In this document: one piece after another, positions 39,481-47,781 of the stretch
Position numbering within the stretch: the stretch's first letter is position 1
Layout of the letters: each line of letters starts with the position of its first letter
From: an uncultured archaeon
GTDB taxonomy: Archaea; Thermoproteota; Nitrososphaeria; Nitrososphaerales; Gagatemarchaeaceae
Direction of reading: 5' to 3'
Length of the DNA stretch: 64,000 bases
NCBI GenBank assembly: GCA_963817525.1
Contig: CAWFOU010000001.1
Location: 928,001 to 992,000, forward strand
Position numbers and translations under genes: made by a program
Notes under the pieces: generated by a model
What the model was told of the DNA's origin: nothing
Seen by the model: the letters and a program-made list of their open reading frames with translations, nothing else
Database searches by the model: none

Positions 39481-40131
39481 CTATTCCAAGCCTCTAGCTC
39501 GCTTCTTGCGGAGAAATTCTCCGAGTGCGAGGATCAAGTGTTCAAACCGCCGCATTAACTCCAGTACCTCACCTGGTTGCAGAGATATTTCTTCATCCAG
39601 GACCTTGGCCGCTCCATCTTTCTCAACTATCACAATTCGTCCTGCGGGGGCTTGCCATAGGCTGCTAGGCGTTTGTTTCCATTTGAGAAAGAACCTAAAG
39701 GACAGCGCCTTGTCCTTCTTGATGGCGTCATGTTTTATTTCCTCAGAGTATAGAATTGCAAGCAGGACCTTGACATTCAACCTAACACGGCTTAAGACAA
39801 AGCTCCGCTCGAGGTCAACGCTGCCGGTTACGAGGACATCGCTCTTTAGCAACTCCTCGTAGAAAATTGGCACCCTTATGTTGTAGAGCCTGTGACTTTT
39901 TCCCACATTTACTCTGACGGAATACCTCAGGGTGCTCCGAGATGTGGCCTTCTTGAGCGTCTTGGGTGTATCGATAGGAAAATTGATGTCGTCGGTATTT
40001 CTCGAGAGCGGGATATCTTCCAGAACTCTACCACAATTCTCGCACACTAACTCCGCTTCGTCAGGGGATGAAGCGAAATCATAAGCGAAGATGCTTCCAT
40101 GCCCACAATCAGGACAGATACGATCTTTCAT
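39481..40131 (-). CDS. TFIIB-type Zn-ribbon protein
   Basis: CPDCG...YD...ELVCENCGRVLED. Confidence 0.65.
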   Translation of the reverse strand: MKDRICPDCGHGSIFAYDFASSPDEAELVCENCGRVLEDIPLSRNTDDINFPIDTPKTLKKATSRSTLRYSVRVNVGKSHRLYNIRVPIFYEELLKSDVLVTGSVDLERSFVLSRVRLNVKVLLAILYSEEIKHDAIKKDKALSFRFFLKWKQTPSSLWQAPAGRIVIVEKDGAAKVLDEEISLQPGEVLELMRRFEHLILALGEFLRKKRARGLE

Positions 40132-40203
40132 TTGGATGCCTACGCCGAGAATCCCCCAATCGCAAGAGCCAAATCTGAAACAATCGAGAAGACGCGCGGG
40201 TGG

Positions 40204-41175
40204 CTAGGCCACCTGCATAGCCAGCCTCTCCTGTCGGAGATACTTCAGATACGGTAGCGACACAACCTCGCATCTCCCATCCCGTATCCTAATGAGGTCA
40301 ATTGCAGCCAGCTCTTCGTCATCAGTGCCTTCCTTCCAATGAGGTATCCAATTCTTGTCGTTCTCCACAAACTCGATTGTCTGCTGGGCGAAACCAACCT
40401 TGGAGAAGACAAACACATTCGCCTCAGCTGGGTTCAGACCCTGCAGGATGTCGGTCAACCTTTGATGGATGTCTTTGACTTCGGTCAGCGTCATCGGGTC
40501 TGGCCCCTCGTGCATAATTGCGATATACACAAGCTCCAATTTGCTCCCGAGGGCCCCATCTTGCAACTTGTCCCATATGGTGTCCCAAGGCACTCCAACA
40601 TACACGCTTGCTCGGATTGTAGATTTTTTCCCTTTGACATCGACATTCAATTGCAATAGTTGGGGCGACTCTTCGAGTATCGAATCCAAGTTGGAGTCCG
40701 CTTTGCGGAGTATCGTTGCAATCTGCTCCGAGTCTGTTTTTCCGGAGTCTAACCTCTCAGCTTGGAAGACAGTCTCCTCGTGCGACTCTATGAGCTCCAT
40801 CATGTGGAAGTCCAAATGCGATACATCGTCCCTGCTTCTTCGAATTCTGATGTAGGTGTAGGAAAACACTCCAAGCAGGAAGAGCATGGCCACGGTGACC
40901 TCAACATCAAAAGCAGAGCTTCGGTAGAATGAAGCAACGTAACCCCAGTACACGACATAGAGAGCGAGAAGTAGGGCGATCGCGCCGATTGTTACCGTCT
41001 TGAGCCTCGCGAGGAGCCATTGTAAATCGCGTGATATTGACATGTAGTCGCCAGTTAGAGTTTCGATGAAATCGATGGTGGCGGCAGCCTGTGAAGCCGC
41101 GGCGTCCTTGTCCTTATCGCTGGTACTAGTATTACTCAACCGATCAACAACTGAATTGATGCGTATAATAGACAA
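40204..41175 (-). CDS. Two-TM membrane protein with putative restriction-endonuclease-like C-terminal domain
   Basis: Two hydrophobic helices; VFVFSKVGFAQQTIEFV resembles the end of Mrr-type domains. Confidence 0.5.
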   Translation of the reverse strand: MSIIRINSVVDRLSNTSTSDKDKDAAASQAAATIDFIETLTGDYMSISRDLQWLLARLKTVTIGAIALLLALYVVYWGYVASFYRSSAFDVEVTVAMLFLLGVFSYTYIRIRRSRDDVSHLDFHMMELIESHEETVFQAERLDSGKTDSEQIATILRKADSNLDSILEESPQLLQLNVDVKGKKSTIRASVYVGVPWDTIWDKLQDGALGSKLELVYIAIMHEGPDPMTLTEVKDIHQRLTDILQGLNPAEANVFVFSKVGFAQQTIEFVENDKNWIPHWKEGTDDEELAAIDLIRIRDGRCEVVSLPYLKYLRQERLAMQVA

Positions 41176-41187
41176 CAGACAACAAAG

Positions 41188-41634
41188 TTACCCTTCTTTT
41201 CGCTCTCCGGTTCGGCGCATTAAGACCCTGGAAGCGCTTTCAGCGTATCGGAGAAATGCCTGTCCAAGCTTCTGATATCCGTCCTCTCCCACATCGGTAA
41301 TTTTGTACCGCTTTCTGCCTTGGTCGTCATCGAAGCTCTCGAGCCAACCCATCCCAAGAAGGACTTCTAGCTGCTTCTGGAAGAGGTTTGTCCGAGGATT
41401 GGAACCCTTCGAATCCGCCGTTACTGCGTCTGTCAAGGCGCCCCTGGTGTCGGCACTCCAATTCTGTTCGGGGGAGTACAGGTTGGTGCGTATGTAGTGG
41501 GCAGTCGGCCAAAGGGTCTGGCCTGTGGCGATGCGACTCTTGTATCTACACAGAAACTCTGCAATCTTAAATTGGATAACATAGCCGGGCCTGTTTGGTC
41601 TAGACCGCATTGGCTGCCGTTTCAGGCTCGGCAA
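41188..41634 (-). CDS. Winged-helix hypothetical protein
   Basis: LEVLLGMGWLE...RYKITDVGE wing motif. Confidence 0.55.
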   Translation of the reverse strand: MPSLKRQPMRSRPNRPGYVIQFKIAEFLCRYKSRIATGQTLWPTAHYIRTNLYSPEQNWSADTRGALTDAVTADSKGSNPRTNLFQKQLEVLLGMGWLESFDDDQGRKRYKITDVGEDGYQKLGQAFLRYAESASRVLMRRTGERKEG

Positions 41635-41673
41635 TGGTCTCCAGTCCTGTGATTGGCAGAATACCGCCGGTGA

Positions 41674-42999
41674 TTGACAACAAAGTTACCGGCCCCTAGC
41701 AACGAGGTTCCTCCTGCCAATAAAAGCTCACCAGGGTTTCTCTCGTTCATGCAACGCCAAGAGCAAGCAAGGCAACCGACGCCTACAAAAGTGCCGATGA
41801 CTACTGGCGGCACAAAAGTCGGGAACAGTAGCGCGAAAGGAAGGGCACCCCCCTCGAATCCGGCCTCGGAGATTTCTTGTCCGATATGCGGATCTGAGGT
41901 CACCAAAGCCATGTTGCCCGACGGCCTCGACGACGACGCACTAGTCCTCCTCCACGACCACGTCCATGCAGGAAACCTCGTTCCAATGTTGGAGCTGGCC
42001 GACATCGTTTCCAGACACCTCGACCCGTCCAAAATCGGACCTGAGATTCAAATCAAGGACTACCTCGCGAAACTGTCACAAGCTGCAAGGACCGTCCTCG
42101 AGAAGCAAGTCGAATTCTTCCAAAGCACGACCAGGGAGGAGAAGGAAGACAAAGCAGCCATGCTGGAAAAAGCCCTCAAGGAGCAGCGAGACCTCGTAAA
42201 GCAATACGAGGATGAGATGAAGGGAATCCAAGAACAACAGCTCCGACAAGTCGAATCATTCAACGAGGCCATCGCTGACATCAGGGAGAAGCTAGTCGGC
42301 ACAGGGATCGGCAAAGTGACGGAGGTCGTGACCATCAAAGAGCTGAAGTCAGCCTTCCCGCAAGACACGTTCACCAACTCCAAAGCCTCACGAGGCATGG
42401 CCGACATTGTCGCCACCGTAAGGGAGGACGGATCGGATTCGGGCAAGGTCGTGATCAGCGTGAAGAACGAAGCACGCTGGGGGGAAGAGTTCATCGACCA
42501 GCTGAGGCGGAATCTCCAGGACGAGGGTGCGAAGTGGGGCATCCTTGTGACACGGGTATTCCCGGCTGACGCGCTCAATGACAAGATGACCCTTTCCCAA
42601 GAGGGGTTCTTCCTGGTCAAGCCCGAATATGCCCCAATAGCTTACCAAGCCATGAGACAGGCGGCAATACAGTGGCACGCAGCCCAACGATGGGTCAGCG
42701 ACAGAGAAGAGCAACTCCAACTGAACGAGAAGATCACGGAGGTAATCCGGCAATGGATCCGTGGAGACAACTTCAGCCAAATCATCAGGTCGATAGACAA
42801 CGCCGTCAACGAAAGTCGTCAGACCGATGAGCTTCTCGTCCAGTTCTACAGATACGCAGAGCGCAAGGTCGCAGAAATGAGGAAAGTTCAAACTGCGCTC
42901 CGAGAATCGCTGATCAAAGGAAGCGACCTCCTGGGAGAACTGAAGCAAGGACTCGAGTCTGCCCAAGTGAGCAGAACCGTTTCCACGAGGGACAAGTGA
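41674..42999 (+). CDS. Coiled-coil / DUF2130-like PD-(D/E)XK-fold protein
   Basis: Coiled coils flank ADIVATV...VVISVKN...W...FIDQL...GILVT; start uncertain. Confidence 0.65.
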   Translation: MTTKLPAPSNEVPPANKSSPGFLSFMQRQEQARQPTPTKVPMTTGGTKVGNSSAKGRAPPSNPASEISCPICGSEVTKAMLPDGLDDDALVLLHDHVHAGNLVPMLELADIVSRHLDPSKIGPEIQIKDYLAKLSQAARTVLEKQVEFFQSTTREEKEDKAAMLEKALKEQRDLVKQYEDEMKGIQEQQLRQVESFNEAIADIREKLVGTGIGKVTEVVTIKELKSAFPQDTFTNSKASRGMADIVATVREDGSDSGKVVISVKNEARWGEEFIDQLRRNLQDEGAKWGILVTRVFPADALNDKMTLSQEGFFLVKPEYAPIAYQAMRQAAIQWHAAQRWVSDREEQLQLNEKITEVIRQWIRGDNFSQIIRSIDNAVNESRQTDELLVQFYRYAERKVAEMRKVQTALRESLIKGSDLLGELKQGLESAQVSRTVSTRDK

Positions 43000-43056
43000 G
43001 ACAAGGGGGCAGGAGCATCCTTCTCCTGCCCTTCTCTCATTTCTCGGACCGAATAG

Positions 43057-44091
43057 TCAAGTTGAATCATGTAGTCGAGGCCTTGCCTCAGTTGACTTCA
43101 AGAAAGATTCGCCCCCATTTGTGAGGACGTATGAAACTCGTGTTCCATCCTGTACCCTATGGACAAGTCCTAACTCGTCCAGTCTGCCAATCACGCCAGC
43201 GCGAGTCGGGGCAAGCATGGAATCTTGAAGGCTCGGAAGAAATTTCTTCAATGTTTTATCAACAGCGTCTGGAGTATCCTTTCCGTCCGTTATCCCCTCA
43301 ATTATTAGACGGGAAAGCTCCCATTCACGCGGAAGGGTCTTTTTCACGCAACTCATGTAGAACTGTGCTTCTTCCTCAGATAGCGTACCTTCGGCCTTTT
43401 CCCACTCACCATCGAGTACAGGGTTTCTCAACTTGGCGAAGTTGAAACCATCTCTAGTTAGAGACGCTTCAGGATGTCCATTCTTCCTCTCGAGAAGGAC
43501 GAATCTCAATGCTACAGGGAACCCGCCTATGCGTCCCTTGTTGCTCATGGTGCCCACGAACATATTTTTGAATCGTTCTAGAGCTTTGTCTCCTCGTCGG
43601 ACTGGTAGTCCGGTCGCGAATCTTTCACCACGACTGAGCTTCCGGTTCTTGTCTGCCACGAGAAGGTGCTTACCGATGGTTCTTGCCCGCAGCGCTGATT
43701 CCTCACGAAGGACCTTCAAATCAATCGATTTGCTATCGTTCGACAGGAGAAGTTGAGACAGTGCACGCAAGGTAATTTTAACTGGAAAAATCCGATTGTA
43801 GAGGCCCCAAATTATTTCATCGGGGTCAGCTTTCTGAATCGATTGCGCTAGCGCAGGTTCTTCGGTTGGCGCTTTAAGTGAAAGCGGACCGCTGATATCC
43901 GCGGTTCGCGGTACGTCGTCCAATTGATTTCTGGAACCCGCATCCGTACTCTCTTGAGGGGCAAGTTCGAGCTCGATTTGGTTTTGTATTGCGACCGTTA
44001 TGAATTGAGCAACCGAAGAATATCGATGCTCTCGAAGCAGCTCCTGAATTTTCTCCCAGACTTCTGGATCTAAATCAATAATGTGTCGCAT
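43057..44091 (-). CDS. Protein with RHH-like N-terminus and wHTH C-terminus
   Basis: IIDLDPEVWEKIQELL...YSSVAQFITVAI; GRLDELGLV...YVLTNGG. Confidence 0.65.
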   Translation of the reverse strand: MRHIIDLDPEVWEKIQELLREHRYSSVAQFITVAIQNQIELELAPQESTDAGSRNQLDDVPRTADISGPLSLKAPTEEPALAQSIQKADPDEIIWGLYNRIFPVKITLRALSQLLLSNDSKSIDLKVLREESALRARTIGKHLLVADKNRKLSRGERFATGLPVRRGDKALERFKNMFVGTMSNKGRIGGFPVALRFVLLERKNGHPEASLTRDGFNFAKLRNPVLDGEWEKAEGTLSEEEAQFYMSCVKKTLPREWELSRLIIEGITDGKDTPDAVDKTLKKFLPSLQDSMLAPTRAGVIGRLDELGLVHRVQDGTRVSYVLTNGGESFLKSTEARPRLHDST

Positions 44092-44324
44092 GCTGCACCG
44101 TGGTGGTACAGTAAAACCTTATTAAGAGTTTACCCACTCTATCTGGCGTTAGGCGTGGTCAAGCTTAGATTAAGGGGGACTAAATGTGACCAAATGAGCA
44201 GTAAATACACTCGAGCTTGCACTCGAGAGTCTGACAATCCTCTTCGTCGACGTGAAGAAAGCACCGAGGGGAAGTGGCTAGTCCAATCGTTAATACACGG
44301 CGATGACCAACAACGACACGGGGC

Positions 44325-44930
44325 ATGAAGGGTGGAATAACGAATCGCGATATCTGCCTCTACGCCCTAATCAACGTGGGAGGAGACGTCGGCTATGTCG
44401 CGACGGAAGACGTTGCCGTAAAAGCCTTCGAGATCTATCCACAGCGCTTTGGCCTCATTCGCCACCCAAAATATCCCGACGTGGATTCGGTGCGAGTTAC
44501 TCTGACGGACCTTCGAAAGGAGAAATATGGATCTCTTGTAGAAGGTAACAAGAAAAGAGGTTGGCGCGTTAGTTCCAGCGGAACTAGTTTGATTGCCGAA
44601 AATCGCATTATAGTCCAGAAGGCACTCAAGGATAAGTTACCGGAAGAGCGCAGAATCTCGAGTGGAGTCCGCTTAACAAGCGAAAAGGTGCGGTCGACAA
44701 GGTTAAGCCGCATCCTGAGGTCTGAGGCGTTTGCGAAGTGGAAGAAAGGAGTAGAGCCATCAGTCTATGATTTCTATGATGTGATGAGAGTTGACGACTA
44801 CACTCCGGAAAGCACCTATCGGGAGCACCTTAAGGCGCTGACCGATGTAGTTCCCGACAACGCCGAAGTCAGGAAGTTCCTGTCAGAAATTGACCGGATG
44901 TATGGGGAGAGCTACCGCCATCATGGCTGA
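44325..44930 (+). CDS. HTH-like hypothetical protein coupled to the ATPase
   Basis: TEDVAVKAFEIYPQRF...VRVTLTDL...GWRVSSSG; stop overlaps the ATPase start. Confidence 0.7.
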   Translation: MKGGITNRDICLYALINVGGDVGYVATEDVAVKAFEIYPQRFGLIRHPKYPDVDSVRVTLTDLRKEKYGSLVEGNKKRGWRVSSSGTSLIAENRIIVQKALKDKLPEERRISSGVRLTSEKVRSTRLSRILRSEAFAKWKKGVEPSVYDFYDVMRVDDYTPESTYREHLKALTDVVPDNAEVRKFLSEIDRMYGESYRHHG

Positions 44931-46656
44931 GCATGAGCTTTACGCTCGTAGTGACGTAGGCCGGGACATACTCCAAAATTCTACATATTTCTCCAGCGTC
45001 CCAAAGGCGTTGAACGAATACGTATGGAACTCGATTGATTATTGCAAGATGAACAAGAGCGTCGAAGTAAAAGTAGCAAAACATGCTGGCAAGATTAAGA
45101 TTCGCAAAAAGGGGACTCGCAAGTACAATGGCATAGTGGTCGAGGAGATAAGAAATGGAGGAGGCATGTCTCGAGAAGACCTTGTGAGATTCTTTACAAT
45201 GCACGGAGAGACTCTCGCACGCAAGGAGGGAAGGCACGTAAGAGGGCGGTTCGGAACGGGAAAGGCCGCAGCATTTGGAATTGGTAACGTACTCATTATT
45301 GACACCGTCAAGAACGGAAAAAGGAACGTGGTTAGACTTGGGAAGGATCAACTGACCCCAGGACTTGACAGGGTTCCGATTGAGCCGCTCTTGACCGAAG
45401 CCCAAGTGGATCTCCCTGATGGGACAACGGTGATAATCGACAAGCTGATTGTCAAACGAGTTAAGGTCGAATCGGTCAAGAAGTTCTTGACGAGGTCATT
45501 AGGAATGCAACTGCGAACGCACGACGTCATAGTCGAAGGCGAGAAGCTCGAATACTCTCAACCTGAGTATGACAAGGAATGGTCTTTCAACTGCCCATTA
45601 GCTCTGAAGGAGGAATTGGGCGAAGTTGCATTGAAGCTTCGACTATCAAAGAGAGAGTTAGAACAAGAGGAGGGTGGTGTGGCAATACTCTCCTCCGGAT
45701 ACCCTATGGAGTTCTATGATTCTACAAAGATGGGTTCGTGGTCGTCCAGGCTTTTCGGAGAGGTAGACGTGCCGCTGCTGGATTCCGACGATGAAATTCC
45801 CACCTTCGATAATACTAGGAGCAAGCTGAACAGGGACAACCAGAGAGTGACTCACCTGCTTCGGTGGATTGACGAAAAAGTGGCTGAAGCAGTGACCGAT
45901 TTAGAAGCGGAAGCAAGAGCCAAAATAACCAAGGCAGAAACTCAAAAACTCGAGGTAATCGCCAATGAGCTCGCCGATTTGCTTAACGATGATTTCTCAG
46001 ATATCATCACCGAACTTGAATCCAAGCCGCTGATTGGAGGAACCGGGCAGCTCGAGTCCGGAATCGAAGAAAGAAAAGAAGGAATCATTACTCTCATCAA
46101 AGACAATATGGGAGAAACAAGAGTCACCTTGGATGGTGACGGGAACGTAATCGTACTAGACGCGCCCGACGGAGATGGTCCTGGAAAAAAGACACCCCGG
46201 GTGCCTCATGAGCCTCACAATCCGCATGAACCCCCCGAACCCAAAACACCCGAGGAACTCCATCGAGGAAACCTATCCGAAGTTGGTGACTCGGCACGAG
46301 AGACGGATACCGCCGGTGAGAAACGAAAACACAGAGGCGGGTTCAAGATAGACTATGTGCATGAAGGGCCTGATGCTTTTCGAGCCAGATGGGTGAGAGA
46401 GGAGATGACAATTAAGCTGAACATGGATTATCCTGAGCTTAGTATCTTCAATGACATAGAGGACGCCCGCTTCAAGGCTCTATCTGGTGAGCTTGCGATC
46501 GCCGAATACGCAATTGCCGCGGTTAACTTGGAAGTGGAGAACGGTTACGTCGACGTCAGCAACACAGCAAGTGATGCGCTAATCGAATATCGAAGAATCA
46601 TTACGAGACTCGGAAAAAAGATCGCCCCGCTAATGCAGCGCTGGTTCAATTCCTGA
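44923..46656 (+). CDS. GHKL (MORC/MutL-like) ATPase
   Basis: ALNEYVWNSID, NGGGMS, GRFGTGK, GTTVII motifs; S5-like segment RLFGEVDVP. Confidence 0.85.
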   Translation: MAEHELYARSDVGRDILQNSTYFSSVPKALNEYVWNSIDYCKMNKSVEVKVAKHAGKIKIRKKGTRKYNGIVVEEIRNGGGMSREDLVRFFTMHGETLARKEGRHVRGRFGTGKAAAFGIGNVLIIDTVKNGKRNVVRLGKDQLTPGLDRVPIEPLLTEAQVDLPDGTTVIIDKLIVKRVKVESVKKFLTRSLGMQLRTHDVIVEGEKLEYSQPEYDKEWSFNCPLALKEELGEVALKLRLSKRELEQEEGGVAILSSGYPMEFYDSTKMGSWSSRLFGEVDVPLLDSDDEIPTFDNTRSKLNRDNQRVTHLLRWIDEKVAEAVTDLEAEARAKITKAETQKLEVIANELADLLNDDFSDIITELESKPLIGGTGQLESGIEERKEGIITLIKDNMGETRVTLDGDGNVIVLDAPDGDGPGKKTPRVPHEPHNPHEPPEPKTPEELHRGNLSEVGDSARETDTAGEKRKHRGGFKIDYVHEGPDAFRARWVREEMTIKLNMDYPELSIFNDIEDARFKALSGELAIAEYAIAAVNLEVENGYVDVSNTASDALIEYRRIITRLGKKIAPLMQRWFNS

Positions 46657-46697
46657 GCAAGGCGAGTTAATTAGGGAAGTCTAATTCAAATTTCGAC

Positions 46698-46856
46698 ATG
46701 GGTGGATTGGGCGAGTGCCCCTGTTGCAAGCAGTGGAAGGAGCTCACTGAGCATCATGTCAAGGAAGCAGGCAACCAAAAAGTGATGATCTGTTTAGATT
46801 GTCACCAAAGGATAGAAGAGTATCTCAAGATACTCGTCAAGCTGCGAAGCAAATAA
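46698..46856 (+). CDS. 52-aa HNH-like Zn-finger microprotein (below the ORF-track cut-off)
   Basis: MGGLGECPCCKQWKELTEHHVKEAGNQKVMICLDCHQRIEEYLKILVKLRSK. Confidence 0.65.
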   Translation: MGGLGECPCCKQWKELTEHHVKEAGNQKVMICLDCHQRIEEYLKILVKLRSK

Positions 46857-46933
46857 CACGCGCAACGCGTGGTTCCCTGACAGCCCTCCTGAGCAACACT
46901 TACGCTAACGACCGGAAGTGCAACGAAACGCAC

Positions 46934-47455
46934 TCACTGCATTGGTACGACGATGATCTGCCAGTTGGCGTTGGCGGAGAGTACTGCCACATAGTAGTTT
47001 TGGCCTGGCGTTAGGCCATATCCGAAGCTGCTTGATTGCCCGGTCTGTGCGTTGACATCGCCTTGTGCCACGTAGACCTGGCTGCCCACCGGATAGACAT
47101 ACCAGCTAACCCCGCTGTAAGAGACCGCACTGCTCGAGACGTTCATGCTCACTTTGATGGTTGAAGTGGTCGCCGTAAATGGCGGGCTGTTGGCGTTGCC
47201 TGAGCCGTTGTAATTTACTAGTGCCGTCCCCGCACTCAGACTGGTGACGGTAGACACAACAGAAGTTGTCTTCGTTACAGTGACGGTCGAAGCTTGGGCG
47301 GCAGTACTCGCCTGAGAGCCTTGGCTGCCCACCGTCTGGGTAACCGTTCTTGTCGCCGTCTGACCTGAACTGCCGCCGCTTGTCGCTGCGGCGCCTATGC
47401 CAGCCCCAATTATGAGAGCTACGATCGCCACCCCAATTGCTACAAACGTCTTCAT
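46934..47455 (-). CDS. Membrane-anchored S/T-rich surface protein
   Basis: N-terminal TM, T/S-rich stalk, beta-rich C-domain ending ANWQIIV. Confidence 0.7.
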   Translation of the reverse strand: MKTFVAIGVAIVALIIGAGIGAAATSGGSSGQTATRTVTQTVGSQGSQASTAAQASTVTVTKTTSVVSTVTSLSAGTALVNYNGSGNANSPPFTATTSTIKVSMNVSSSAVSYSGVSWYVYPVGSQVYVAQGDVNAQTGQSSSFGYGLTPGQNYYVAVLSANANWQIIVVPMQ

Positions 47456-47572
47456 TGCGGATTGCTATCGAGGCACGATATTTAGCCATTGGTATTTATG
47501 CAGGATTAGTGCATGATGTATTCGTGATTAGGGTAATATCAGTAAGGTATGCACATGAGCTTGTCAGCGTTC

Positions 47573-47728
47573 ATGGTCAAGTGATACAGGAACGTGAGCA
47601 TACCTGAAGAGCTGTATCTTGAACTGGAGAAGCTCGTGAAGTCAAACAAAGCTGGGTATGTCAGCGTGTCCGATGCGGTCAAAGACTGTGTTAGAGAGCT
47701 TCTGAGGAAGCACAAAATGCTGCCCTAA
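47573..47728 (+). pseudogene. CopG/RHH protein with in-frame TGA at codon 4
   Basis: MVK*YRNVSIPEELYLELEKLVKSNKAGYVSVSDAVKDCVRELL. Confidence 0.65.
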
Positions 47729-47781
47729 GCAAGCACAAAGCAACGGGGAACGAATATAATCAACCATCGGGCACAAAGTGC

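Noticed and set aside
47582-47584. Selenocysteine or readthrough at the TGA in the RHH gene
   Set aside because: The position is not a Cys-equivalent site and no SECIS-like element is evident
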